From the IMG/VR virus record IMGVR_UViG_3300030032_000362: a stretch of 64,000 nt of DNA. One strand, given 5' to 3'. The notes beneath the pieces are model-generated. The model was not told the origin of the DNA. It saw nothing but the letters and a program-made list of their open reading frames with translations, and did no database searches. Below are positions 20,001 through 29,415 of this stretch, one piece after another. Each line of letters opens with the position of its first letter. Position 1 is the first letter of the stretch. The stretch is from a virus. Lineage: Duplodnaviria > Heunggongvirae > Uroviricota > Caudoviricetes. The position numbers and the translations under genes are program-made.

Positions 20001-20975
20001 TGTTCCATCCGGAACTTTCAATAAAACGCCGTCTTTGTCGAAAATCTGAGTGTTTTTCTCAAAATATCCTTCAAATACATAGTGGTCTTTCTTTGGTGGG
20101 TAGATGTTGCCGAAACTACGGCTTTTCTCATCCTCTTTACCCTCAAACACATATACCGAGTCATATTTCAGACCACTGCCCCCGCGGTTTACTTCACCGC
20201 CATCCGGAGCATCTGCATGAAGCGTAACTTCTTTTGCGGCCGCACCAATGTAAGGGAACTTGTCCGGGTCTTTTAAGATGGCCGGGATATTGGTTTTGTA
20301 CTTCGTTTTGTAAACAGTTTTTAATGTGTTTTCCGGAGTAGTTACTGGTCCGCGGAATACGAAACCGCTAGACGTATTATCTGTTCCGTCCAATGTAATA
20401 TTTGGAGAGTTGCAATAGACAAGATTTTGGTTAAAGCAGTTTTGTCCAATTTTTTCTAAAGAATCTGGCAAATAAATAGTTACATCTCCTCTATATCCTT
20501 CATCCTTGCTTCCATAACCATCCTGACTAAACGCCCAATCATTAACCGTTTTCAGCCCCGTACAAGCCGTGGCGTCAACGACAATGCCTGAACTGGTGAC
20601 GTTGAAGGAGCCGAGAAAAAACGAATCCTTGTTTTTCGCGTCTGCATCTCCTAATGATTCCACCTTGTGATAGGCGATGATTTTTCCATCTTCATTACAT
20701 TCCGGTACTTTATCCGGAATAATGATGTCTTTGGTGATTTTTTTTGAGAATTTTCCGTCCTGATATACTCCAATTATATGAACATTACGAGCTGCGCTGC
20801 TTTCATCGCCCGATACTGCATCATATTCCCAGATAATATCTCCCTGTTCTGTCCCTGCGTACCCACTCACCGCATTCTGTTTTCCCTCTTTAATATAACA
20901 AGAACCGACTAACAGGCCGGCAACAAACAATGTGCAGATAGCAAAGGATATAATATTTCTTTTTCTTGCTTTCAT
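17037..20975 (-). CDS. Giant secreted surface protein (1312 aa) with Listeria-Bacteroides repeats, a transglutaminase-like domain, a Pro-rich linker and a Lys-rich LRR-like C-terminal tail
   Basis: Signal peptide MKARKRNIISFAICTLFVAGLLVGSCY. Several GY-F-GW...LYA-W repeats. Cys-His-Asp core THGEGCCVSYAKMIKVLCDYYEIPCINVSSVDHMWNEIQVDGKWYLLDAT. Linker PTVPQPNVKPMPTQPNVKPIPAQP. The last roughly 110 aa are about 65% identical to the tail of the 1896-aa protein. Confidence 0.75.
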   Translation of the reverse strand: MKARKRNIISFAICTLFVAGLLVGSCYIKEGKQNAVSGYAGTEQGDIIWEYDAVSGDESSAARNVHIIGVYQDGKFSKKITKDIIIPDKVPECNEDGKIIAYHKVESLGDADAKNKDSFFLGSFNVTSSGIVVDATACTGLKTVNDWAFSQDGYGSKDEGYRGDVTIYLPDSLEKIGQNCFNQNLVYCNSPNITLDGTDNTSSGFVFRGPVTTPENTLKTVYKTKYKTNIPAILKDPDKFPYIGAAAKEVTLHADAPDGGEVNRGGSGLKYDSVYVFEGKEDEKSRSFGNIYPPKKDHYVFEGYFEKNTQIFDKDGVLLKVPDGTDVYAKWTPEVYQISFRNNQNTNVQNEEHSYQEVFSPNLPENFYPSVGYKLIRWEKYSMNADGEAVGEPEKLEPETTMTVDCNSIFKAILEPITYTVSFDANGGEVKDAELPNTFDKDYSLTTASRYGYTFDGWYTAKKGGTKVTEDTQMTRAENHTLYAHWTARTHKVVFDGNGATSGSMDDLDVTYDTKANPTCRFEKTGYSFTGWSYAKDGDVVDDLSGKVDTVIVYAIWKPNTYKVTFVTNSQSKTEYEFTYDAWEDFPYLYSKFYDFAGWVTDRTKTIPVTERETAVINYSSGKNKWDIAKDTTLYAAWYKKPSVTFSTKYSDTTAFLGDRELDKTNEVTYEYGEKINSLIMKCNTNRYIQSYRVETADGTEVSAGTCEDKNSTVTIPFPSNYALKNNLKVYVEAANRIYGITYDTLGGEFVGEYPKTYSYGDEFDLPTNVKRKGFYVCGWRNTLNNKIITKIDADTSGPLTLEAVYEGTTYRISVDLNGGTLPKGTEIPKEYKYKDDPIDLPRYMTKEGYSFAGWYCEELNGYVDIINPQNATDYHLKALWNPNNTIRPTNQIMALDGTETEIPYAEKPMESNQWYYNQLTDVEKKIYTTIYNYYKFDMDKGECKMKKIMFYATDKITNKNVMHASYAVYLDNPSIFWIFYFYGSGVKEVDGRYASGVLPLAAYNETAFKADALEYKGFFNGIISSLDKSGIQQASIKGKVQLIHDYVVNTYSYRNSTNILGAVCTDETRSIGYMMTHGEGCCVSYAKMIKVLCDYYEIPCINVSSVDHMWNEIQVDGKWYLLDATWDDTEPIRYDYFLKGAKSVTDEHHKIETDYPVPVLSDDDYVEPTVPQPNVKPMPTQPNVKPIPAQPKAVTVTSATKGKVVYAISGKYAVVKKCTSKKVKSVTILNKVKIGKKTYTVTSIAKNAFKGCKKLKKVTIKAAKLKSIGKNAFKGIYKKATFKVPKKQLKKYKKLIQKKKTGFVKTMKVKK

Positions 20976-21053
20976 AAATAATCTCCTTTCTTAAAGCGAT
21001 TCAGTTGTACGGCAGTTAGTTACTACCGGACTCCTGTTGTTTTTAGTATAGTA

Positions 21054-21067
21054 TTAATATGTCTGTT
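21054..21067 (-). promoter_or_regulatory. Conserved promoter motif copy
   Basis: TTAATATGTCTGTT upstream of the 17037..20975 gene. Confidence 0.6.
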
Positions 21068-21127
21068 AAGTAATTGATACAACTTAACATATGAAGGAGA
21101 AAGAGATAGCCCTCTATGAGATAGGGA

Positions 21128-21688
21128 CTATCCCTGTACGGTATCTTTTAAACTTATTTCAGATGGCTCCTTTATAGTATCTTTTATGTTTTGCCATTTA
21201 TCTGATATATCATCTGTTTGTTCTTCTTCTAATTTTTCATTAACATTATGTAGCATTGGATACATTCTAATATCATATTTTTGAATATTTTTCACAATAG
21301 CAACTGCGCTTTCATCTTCTTGTGGATTAAATAAGTACTTTGCTATAATTTCAGGCAACTTCAATAACGAAATTATAATTGTCCCAAAAGATGACACAAG
21401 CGGTGTTAACGTTGCGGTAATCATATTAAATGAAACATGATTTGATTTTATCATATTTTGTATCATACTGATTGTGTATGTAATTGTATAATGAAATGTA
21501 TACACCAATCCACTTAATATAAACATAACAATAGCAAAAAACAACATCTTCATTATAAACTTTGCCCATGTATTTCGCCGTATTCCATTTACATAATTGT
21601 CAATTAATTTTGTATATCCATCAGAACGAGCTTCATGTCCTTCTTTCTTTGAATCTTTAATCGTTATCATCGCAAAGTACTTCTCCAA
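21128..21688 (-). CDS. Membrane protein (186 aa)
   Basis: Hydrophobic segments (FFAIVMFILSGLVYTF; LTPLVSSFGTIIISLL). Overlaps the upstream peptidase gene by about 30 nt. Confidence 0.4.
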   Translation of the reverse strand: MEKYFAMITIKDSKKEGHEARSDGYTKLIDNYVNGIRRNTWAKFIMKMLFFAIVMFILSGLVYTFHYTITYTISMIQNMIKSNHVSFNMITATLTPLVSSFGTIIISLLKLPEIIAKYLFNPQEDESAVAIVKNIQKYDIRMYPMLHNVNEKLEEEQTDDISDKWQNIKDTIKEPSEISLKDTVQG

Positions 21689-22358
21689 TTCTTTTTATTA
21701 TAGATGATTTTTTTACCTTAAAGTATCTTGCAAGATATTCAATTACAAAAATTTGGCTTCCATCCGGATTATATCTTTTATCACAACAAGCATCTATGTA
21801 TTGTTTCATAAATAATTCACGTGGCATAAGCAATTCAGCTGCGAAACGGTCTGCCCGTATTTCTTTTTCAGAACAATGATTGTTTTTGGGATAAGTTTCC
21901 GTAAATAAATGATTTTTATTCCGATATTTAGGATTTCCCAAACAATCAAATAAATAATGACCAAGTTCATGAGCTGCTACAAAACGTTGATGTTCAAATG
22001 GTTCATTTTTATCTGTTGCAATTACTTTGTCATAATCAAGACATTTTTCTGTTGTTCCGTGAACATAAATTACACCAGATATTTTTTTTCTTAATTTTGA
22101 CACACCAAACACTTTTAAACCAAAAGCCTCTATTATTGGTTCAATTGGCGTTTCTCCACGATAATTATAACCAAGACATTTTGATATATCTAATATCTCA
22201 TGTGCAATTTCAGCCGCCTGCTTTGGCGTAAGATTTTGCAAAGACTCGCCTGGTTCTTTCGTGAGACGATTAATTAAATTTTCAAAGTCCTTTCGTGCTT
22301 TCATTGTCTTATCCTTTTCTTTTTGGTTTATCTTATTAAATCTGATTATATTTCCCAT
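21657..22358 (-). CDS. ImmA/IrrE-family zinc metallopeptidase (DUF955/COG2856)
   Basis: HEXXH motif AHELGHYLFDCLG. The start was moved to ATG 22356-22358 (MGNIIRF), which has an AAAGGGGG RBS; the track ORF extends to 22442. Confidence 0.55.
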   Translation of the reverse strand: MGNIIRFNKINQKEKDKTMKARKDFENLINRLTKEPGESLQNLTPKQAAEIAHEILDISKCLGYNYRGETPIEPIIEAFGLKVFGVSKLRKKISGVIYVHGTTEKCLDYDKVIATDKNEPFEHQRFVAAHELGHYLFDCLGNPKYRNKNHLFTETYPKNNHCSEKEIRADRFAAELLMPRELFMKQYIDACCDKRYNPDGSQIFVIEYLARYFKVKKSSIIKRIGEVLCDDND

Positions 22359-22569
22359 AGTACAACCCCCTTTTCTGTTACTGTAGTGTATCAGATAAGT
22401 TGTAGCTTGTCCCATGAAATTTGTCGAATAGATATTATTCATCTATTTGACACTTTTATTATAACAAAAAACTAATTATTTGACAAGTTTTGCAAATTAT
22501 ATTTTTGTCAATCATGTGAATGATTGAAAGTCACTGTATTATCTTTATAATAAAATCTTTCCCCATCTG

Positions 22570-23133
22570 TCATCTATTATATACCTCTGAAATACGCCTT
22601 TTAGCCGCAAGAAGAGGCACCCTAAAAATTTGTGATAGCATACTAATTATCATTTCCGGGTCACCAATTCGTTTAAACAATCCTTCATAAACATTTTTAA
22701 AATGTTCAGCAGGCATCAAGATGCAAGTAGCAAAATAATCCGCTTCTTGTTCTTCTTCTGATTTATCCTTATGAAAATCCACATGCAAAAAAGCAGTTTT
22801 TTTATTTATTCTGTTTTCATCATAATGTAATGCAAAATGTCCGAGTTCGTGTGCAACAATAAATCTTTGTTGGTAATCATCAAGGTTATCTTCAAATAAA
22901 ATTTCTTTTATTATAGTATCATTTTCTTTTCGGATTATAATTCCTCCATCTACATTTTCTTCATGAAAAGTAGCAGATGAGACTTCGAATCCTTTAGCTC
23001 TCGCTAAAATAATAGTATCAATAATTTCATTATCCATTCCCTGTCTAAACTTTTCCGCTTTTTGTTCAATTTCTTTTTTTCGTTCTAGTGTTAAGCGCAT
23101 ATATACCATACCCTCTATATTTGTTTTTTTCAT
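22570..23133 (-). CDS. ImmA/IrrE-family zinc metallopeptidase, second copy
   Basis: HEXXH motif VAHELGHFALHYDENR. 187 aa. Confidence 0.55.
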   Translation of the reverse strand: MKKTNIEGMVYMRLTLERKKEIEQKAEKFRQGMDNEIIDTIILARAKGFEVSSATFHEENVDGGIIIRKENDTIIKEILFEDNLDDYQQRFIVAHELGHFALHYDENRINKKTAFLHVDFHKDKSEEEQEADYFATCILMPAEHFKNVYEGLFKRIGDPEMIISMLSQIFRVPLLAAKRRISEVYNR

Positions 23134-23282
23134 GTAACTATCTCCTATTTTATCAATATATATTTCCTCTTGTCAACTATTATTATGCTCAAATAATAAG
23201 AAAATCCAATACACTATAATAGTAGTATTGTTTTCTAGCACCATATTGTTACAAAAGAATTGTTAAAATTACATTTCCCTTT

Positions 23283-23296
23283 TTAATATGTCTGTT
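23283..23296 (-). promoter_or_regulatory. Conserved promoter motif copy
   Basis: TTAATATGTCTGTT upstream of 22570..23133. Confidence 0.55.
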
Positions 23297-23603
23297 TGGC
23301 ATTAATTTAAATGCTCTATTGACAAAATTAGTGTTTAATCTCTATAATTTATGTATATTCTTAAGAAAGGAACGATATACAGTTGAACGATACATCAAAA
23401 TATGTCACATTATGTCACAACTTAATAGCAGAATACTTAGAAGACGATACCCCTAAGACGTTTAAGAATTATAAGCTGATAGTGAACTACTCGGAAATAA
23501 GTTACCGAGCTACTTGCTTCAACCACTGCTGCTTGGCTAATACGAAACAGTATATTAAAAAAAATAAGAGGGAGCATTTGCCCCCTCTTTTCTATTCCAG
23601 ATT

Positions 23604-26600
23604 TCATTTTCTGACTTTCATCGTCTTAACGAATCCGGTTTTCTTTGTGAACAGTTTCTTGTATTTCTTCAAATACTTCTTAGGCGCTTTAATCTTAGCC
23701 TTTTTACTGATACCCTTAATCGCGTTCTTTCCAATCTTTTTCAAGGAAACACTCTTAACGGTAATCGTTTTCAGTTTCTTGCAGCCCTTAAAGGCGTTTT
23801 TAGCGATTGCGGTTACTTTGTACTTTTTGCCGTTAATAGTTACTGTTTTCTGAATTGTTACCTTTTTCAGCTTTTTACTTGTAACCTTTTTAACGAAAGC
23901 ACTTTTACCGCTAACCTGGTATACTACCTTGCCTTTTGTTACCGTCTTAGCTTTTGTAGCAATCGTTTTTGATGGATTAAGCGATGGCGTCTGAATCGGT
24001 GATGGGTCTGAGCTCGGGCTAGGTGTTGGGTTTGGTTCCGGTCTAGGTGTTGGATTTGGCACCGGACTAGGAACAACAGGGTCAACAACATTACCCTTTG
24101 TTTTCCATACAGCATATACATCTGCGCCATTCACGCCCATAGTAACCTCTGTTACAATATCGCCATCTGTACCATCAGGCTCTTCCGCCCAACCAACGAA
24201 AGTATAACCAACACGTTCCGGCATTCGCATATTCAACACTGCTTTAGAACCCCAAATAAAGGTATCTTCGCTTTCCGTAAAGTCCGGTGCTCCTGCATAA
24301 TTCTGATGGAATCTTACTTTACCGTAGTCGCGGTCTAAGATAATCGTAAATGCAGCACCATCTTCTACTTTGTGTTTCAAAACAGAATCCGGATTTACAT
24401 GATAACCGTCCGGTACATGGAAGTCATAATTTGCTTCCAGTTTGAGGTCAGTGCCCTGTACAGCAGAGCCGGTAGCAACCGTTACTTCATATGTTTCGTC
24501 TGCTTTTTGAGTCTTTGTGGTGATTGTGTAACTTGTATCACCGGCAGTACCCCATACAGCATATAAAGTAATGCTTTCCTCTAAATCCGAAATCACATCA
24601 CCGGCTTTGTATTCCGGTTCTGTTGCCCCCTGAATGGTGGACCAACCAAGGAATACTCTTCCATCACGAGTTGTCTCGAATCCCGGCAAAGTAATTGTAT
24701 GACCCTCATAAACTGTCAACGTAGTAGCATCTGTTGTTCCACCATTGCCATTAAAAGCAATTTGATTTCCCTTTTGGTCATCGTCAACAGCCCAGATTGC
24801 ATACAAGTGAATCGTTTCTCCGGCAGATGCCAGATTGGTCGCTTTGTATTTATCATAATACTCAGCATTTGTTGCTTTTGCATCGCGGTTCCATCCAAGG
24901 AATTTGTAACCGGTACGTGTGAACGCGTTGGCGCTTAACTCCTGCTTAATATCAGAAGATAAAGTCTGTACATCCATCGTTCCGTTACCACCGTTTGCAT
25001 GATATGTGATAAAGTAATTTGCCGGTTTCCAAACAGCATACAAAGTTACTGTCTGATTCTTGCCCGCAAGGTCTTTTACGGTATCTTTGTCCGTATACAT
25101 TGCTTTCGTAGCATTTCTGTCGGTAGACCAACCGAGGAACTGATAACCTTTTCGGCCAAAAGCATTTTTCGTCAAATTGACGTTTGCTTTTGTATCAAAG
25201 GCATCTGCTTTCATAACGCCTTCTGTTGCTCCGTTGCCATTATAAGCAACTGTATACTGGTCATGTTTCCAAACAGCATACAAAGTAAGATTCATGGTTC
25301 CGTCCCATATTTTTGTAGACTTTCCGTTTTCGTCAAAGTATTGAACTCCGCCATTTTCGGAACTGAAATATCCTACAAAACTATAATCTTCTTTTTCCGG
25401 AATTACAATCGGAGGAATCGGTTTGCCGTTTACAACGTAAACTTTTTCATCTCCGTTAATACCGCCCATTGTGTTCAATTGAACAACATAAGCCGGTTTT
25501 CCGTAAGAAGTACAGGACTTATTCAAGTACGTCTGCGAATAAATATCCGCTGTAGAGTTGGTGTATCCTTTGATTTCTGCTTCATTCGGAACTAATGGAC
25601 CGGCCGGGAATTTACAATTTGGATTTTCTACACCCAAAACGTTAAGCATAGAATCTGCAAAAGCATTTTCCCCAAAGCTGATTAAGCTATCGCCGGTTGT
25701 GAACTCAGTAAGAGCGGTTCCGGCAAAAGCATTTTCACCAATTGTTTCAAACTGGTCCGTATCTTTTAAGGTTGTAAGAGAACTACAACCGTTAAATGCA
25801 TTGTTCGGGACATTCATTACTCCGCCAAAGGAAACACTGACTAAGCTTTCCGCTTCTTCAAATGCTCCTTCGCCCAATGTAATCCCCGTCTTTGGCAATT
25901 CAATTGCGGTAAGTCCAGAATTTGCAAATGCGCTTTCTCCGATTTCAGCCAAAATAGCTTCTTCATCGAACGAAATTGTTGTTAAATTCTTGCAGCCTTT
26001 AAAAGCGCCTGCATTGATTTTCTTTAACAACGGTCCAACGGTTACTTCAACAAGATGAGCCGGAGAATCCTGTACATAAGAATACTCTTCTGTCTTGTCT
26101 TTTTCATACCCAACCATAAGAGAAATCGGATATTCATGTGCCATAGCGAAGTCGTATGCTTTACTCTTGTAATAGCATTTAACAACTGTGCTGTTCGGGA
26201 ACACGGCGCTGATTTCATCATAAGTAAGGTTTGTACTCATTCCTTCAAAAGTTACTTCATTGAGAGTGAAACATCCATTAAATGCTCCTTTTCCAACTAA
26301 GACAACAGATTCCGGAATGGAAACTTCCGTTACGTTTGCCTTTGCAAAAGCAAATGCTCCAATATTAGATAAAACACTTTGGTCTTCAAATTCAATGGTC
26401 TCTAAAGCGGCAATACTGGAGAAAGCACGTTCTCCGATTGACTGTACTGTATTTGGAATTTCCAACTCAGCAATCTTTGTGTTATTGAATGCATAAGAAC
26501 CAATTGTCTGAACACGGCCCAGTGTAATATCTTTTAAGTTTACGCAGCTATCAAAAGCATTGTTTCCAATACTTGTGATATTAACCGGAATATCAAACGA

Positions 26601-29294
26601 TTCCATAGTTACTTCATCTTTGAAGAAATCATCCGGAATCGTTGTGAGAATTTCATAAGATTCACGGTTTGCGTTCTGGCAATAGCTTGCCACGCTTGAC
26701 CCCTGAAATCCAACCAATTTCTCTGTTGTATTCGGAATGGAATCTTTCTCCAAAGTAGTTCCCGGATTTTTCACCGTTACAGAATGTAAGTTTGTGTCAG
26801 CGAAAGCGTTTTTCTCAACCGTTTCTACCGAATACGGAATTGCTACATTTTTAACTGTGCAGCCGGCAAAAGCATTTGCCTGAATTGTTTCGCATACTTT
26901 GCTGATTTCCGGATTATCACTGTGCTTTTTCGGGCAGTAAACCAAAATGGATTTATCTTTATTGTAAAGCAATCCACCTTCTGATGCATAATCAGCATCT
27001 TTTGAGTTTACCGTAATGGATTCCAAGTTTGCAAATTTACTAAAATTCATGTCCGCAATATTATCTACATCAACGGCAAATGCAATTTTTTTAGCGTTTG
27101 CACATTCTGCATAAATAATAGAGCGAGTATTTTCTGAATTTTTGTAAATTGTTACGGTATCATCCGAAGTGTTGTAATCGTAAATATGAGTATAATTGGC
27201 TACATAATTGCGATTTCCAACAGAACCTTTTGTAATTACGACATCTTTTTCCGGAGTGTCACCGTTGCTGCCGGTCCATCCGTCAAATACATATCCCTGC
27301 TTTGTTGGTGTATTCAGATGAATATCATCATCCTCTACTGTATAATTGCTAACATTTGCAGCAGTTCCACCATTCAAATCATAAATGATTGAATAAGTGT
27401 TTTTGTCATAGACAGCAGACAATGATTTTGTTTCATTGATGGTATATGTTCCATTAAATCCATCCCAAGAAGAGAATGTATAACCTTTCTTTTCCGGAAC
27501 AGGCAAATTAATGGTTGTTCCACCGACTTTTACAATTGAAAAATCAGTTTCATAAATAGCTCCATCATAAGTTACTTTTCCACCATTTGAAGAGAGTTTT
27601 GTTTGATAACAAACAATTTTTTTAGCAGCGGATACATTTCCTGCGCTGTCTTTAGCGAAAAAGTAATAAGTTCCTGCAGCAGAAATTGTTTTATCTACCG
27701 AAAATGATTTTGTGGAAGCCACTTTGGTATAAGCAGAACTTACTGGACTAGCCGAAGTTCCAAAATAATAAGAAGTAACTCCTACATTATCACTAGCCTC
27801 TAACGTCACAGACTGATTTTTGCCCGCCGTAATATTAGAAGTAATACTTCCTTCCGGAGCAGTTTTATCCACAATTGCAAATATTTTTGTAACTGAACCG
27901 GAATAATTTCCTGTACCATTTATTACGGCAACGGCAGTTCCAACATTTGTATTGCTGCTGTAAGATACTGTATAGTCTCGTCCAAGCACCAAGGCCTTTT
28001 TAGTATAAGGATTTTTTGCCGTTACGCTATTGGTGATTGCACTTCCGATGTAAGGAACAGACGAATTCATCAAAGCAACCGAACAATCTGTTATCGGGCA
28101 TTTATCAACCATTAAAGTCCCCTCTATGAGGTTACTGTTTTTGGTTGATTTAATTGCCTTTGTATAATTGCCGGCATCCAAAACATCATCTTTTGTGTAG
28201 CCGGATAAGCCACTACCCATTGCATACCGTAAAGACTGATTTGCATTTGGCGCAACGAAATAATATCCTTTAGATGTTTGTTTCGTGTAATTGTAGCCAA
28301 CAAACCCACTTTCTGTCATAGCAGAATCAAGAGCGTCTGAAACAGTCTGTCCATAAGTAATAGATGATGCAATTGACTGATAATCACCATTTGCCTTCTT
28401 GTAAGATACATTTTTGGTAGTATCTAATGCTGCCTTGTAAATATTTAATGAAGCAGAGTTCGATGCATCAAGATAATTAAGGCAACATCCTGTTTCTGCA
28501 GAAGTATAGATTTTATCTTTTGCTGCGCTGTTTTCTCCATAGACAGTAAGCCATAACTTATCACTTTCGTCACAATCTGAACCCGTCTTATTAAAGGTCT
28601 TGTCATCTAACGAAATACTTGATGCAATGTTTCCAAACAGCAAATAACCATGTAAACTTGTGCAGTTATCAAATGCTGCTTGTAAATCACAAACATCATG
28701 ATTTGCGTCTCCCATTGGACACCAAATATGCTCTAATTTTCCACAATTCTGAAAAATACCTTTTGCATACTCTACCGGCGGAAGACGAAATACTTCAACC
28801 AAATTTACACAATTAGCAAAAGCATATTCCAAAACGCCATCTCCGTCCAATTTCATGCCGGAATTCAGCCCACCAATAACATACTTGATTTTCTTTTTAG
28901 CAGCAGTTGACATGTTAGTCAAACAATTGCCCATAACATAATAACCGGCATCATCCATTTTCGCAGACGGACGGTTATTTTCCATCTTGTAAAAAGCAAA
29001 AACGCCATTTTTATCAATGCCCCAATAGGTAATTAATGCGTTATTCACATAAGAATAACCAGCGGTTCCACTTTCAACAATGGAGTTGACATCAAAAGAG
29101 ACATTCGAAAGATTGCGTTTTTCTGCGCTTTCTTCATATTCGGCAACAGACCCGGTTGCTACACTTTGCACAGCGGCTTTGCTTCGGATTGAACCGATAT
29201 TACCGCTTAAAAGCATTGCTAAAGCCAAAACTCCGGCTACCGAACGTTTAAAGATTTTTCTTTTTCTCATGAAAATAAAATCTCTCCTTTCCAA
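23604..29294 (-). CDS. Giant secreted surface protein (1896 aa) with BspA-type leucine-rich repeats, Listeria-Bacteroides repeats, Ig-like regions, a Pro-rich linker and a Lys-rich LRR-like C-terminal tail
   Basis: Signal peptide (KRSVAGVLALAMLLSGNIGSIRSKAA). Many NAF-GC--L--V-IP-SV--IG--AF units. GY-F-GW...LYAVW repeats. Linker PVVPSPVPNPTPRPEPNPTPSPSSDPSP. The tail KGKVVYQVSGKSAFVKK...GFVKTMKVRK is shared with 17037..20975. Confidence 0.8.
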   Translation of the reverse strand: MERRDFIFMRKRKIFKRSVAGVLALAMLLSGNIGSIRSKAAVQSVATGSVAEYEESAEKRNLSNVSFDVNSIVESGTAGYSYVNNALITYWGIDKNGVFAFYKMENNRPSAKMDDAGYYVMGNCLTNMSTAAKKKIKYVIGGLNSGMKLDGDGVLEYAFANCVNLVEVFRLPPVEYAKGIFQNCGKLEHIWCPMGDANHDVCDLQAAFDNCTSLHGYLLFGNIASSISLDDKTFNKTGSDCDESDKLWLTVYGENSAAKDKIYTSAETGCCLNYLDASNSASLNIYKAALDTTKNVSYKKANGDYQSIASSITYGQTVSDALDSAMTESGFVGYNYTKQTSKGYYFVAPNANQSLRYAMGSGLSGYTKDDVLDAGNYTKAIKSTKNSNLIEGTLMVDKCPITDCSVALMNSSVPYIGSAITNSVTAKNPYTKKALVLGRDYTVSYSSNTNVGTAVAVINGTGNYSGSVTKIFAIVDKTAPEGSITSNITAGKNQSVTLEASDNVGVTSYYFGTSASPVSSAYTKVASTKSFSVDKTISAAGTYYFFAKDSAGNVSAAKKIVCYQTKLSSNGGKVTYDGAIYETDFSIVKVGGTTINLPVPEKKGYTFSSWDGFNGTYTINETKSLSAVYDKNTYSIIYDLNGGTAANVSNYTVEDDDIHLNTPTKQGYVFDGWTGSNGDTPEKDVVITKGSVGNRNYVANYTHIYDYNTSDDTVTIYKNSENTRSIIYAECANAKKIAFAVDVDNIADMNFSKFANLESITVNSKDADYASEGGLLYNKDKSILVYCPKKHSDNPEISKVCETIQANAFAGCTVKNVAIPYSVETVEKNAFADTNLHSVTVKNPGTTLEKDSIPNTTEKLVGFQGSSVASYCQNANRESYEILTTIPDDFFKDEVTMESFDIPVNITSIGNNAFDSCVNLKDITLGRVQTIGSYAFNNTKIAELEIPNTVQSIGERAFSSIAALETIEFEDQSVLSNIGAFAFAKANVTEVSIPESVVLVGKGAFNGCFTLNEVTFEGMSTNLTYDEISAVFPNSTVVKCYYKSKAYDFAMAHEYPISLMVGYEKDKTEEYSYVQDSPAHLVEVTVGPLLKKINAGAFKGCKNLTTISFDEEAILAEIGESAFANSGLTAIELPKTGITLGEGAFEEAESLVSVSFGGVMNVPNNAFNGCSSLTTLKDTDQFETIGENAFAGTALTEFTTGDSLISFGENAFADSMLNVLGVENPNCKFPAGPLVPNEAEIKGYTNSTADIYSQTYLNKSCTSYGKPAYVVQLNTMGGINGDEKVYVVNGKPIPPIVIPEKEDYSFVGYFSSENGGVQYFDENGKSTKIWDGTMNLTLYAVWKHDQYTVAYNGNGATEGVMKADAFDTKANVNLTKNAFGRKGYQFLGWSTDRNATKAMYTDKDTVKDLAGKNQTVTLYAVWKPANYFITYHANGGNGTMDVQTLSSDIKQELSANAFTRTGYKFLGWNRDAKATNAEYYDKYKATNLASAGETIHLYAIWAVDDDQKGNQIAFNGNGGTTDATTLTVYEGHTITLPGFETTRDGRVFLGWSTIQGATEPEYKAGDVISDLEESITLYAVWGTAGDTSYTITTKTQKADETYEVTVATGSAVQGTDLKLEANYDFHVPDGYHVNPDSVLKHKVEDGAAFTIILDRDYGKVRFHQNYAGAPDFTESEDTFIWGSKAVLNMRMPERVGYTFVGWAEEPDGTDGDIVTEVTMGVNGADVYAVWKTKGNVVDPVVPSPVPNPTPRPEPNPTPSPSSDPSPIQTPSLNPSKTIATKAKTVTKGKVVYQVSGKSAFVKKVTSKKLKKVTIQKTVTINGKKYKVTAIAKNAFKGCKKLKTITVKSVSLKKIGKNAIKGISKKAKIKAPKKYLKKYKKLFTKKTGFVKTMKVRK

Positions 29295-29346
29295 TAAAAA
29301 AATTAACAGTTACTCATGTAATGCTCTCTTCTCCATTACACTTATA

Positions 29347-29360
29347 TTAATATGTCTGTT
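29347..29360 (-). promoter_or_regulatory. Conserved promoter motif copy
   Basis: TTAATATGTCTGTT 27 bp upstream of the 23604..29294 start region. Confidence 0.6.
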
Positions 29361-29415
29361 AGCCCACCCTAAAAACAAACAAGAAAAAAAGAGCCCTTTT
29401 CAGGCTCTTTACATT

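Noticed and set aside
24999-26496. Plus-strand ORFs of 78-198 aa (24999..25595, 25558..26058, 26055..26300, 26260..26496 and others) lying inside the 1896-aa surface-protein gene
   Set aside because: They are antisense to a long, clearly real coding region, have low-complexity translations and no RBS. These are typical shadow ORFs. The same holds for antisense ORFs inside 17037..20975, 3433..5853, 30781..33069 and 33072..34520.
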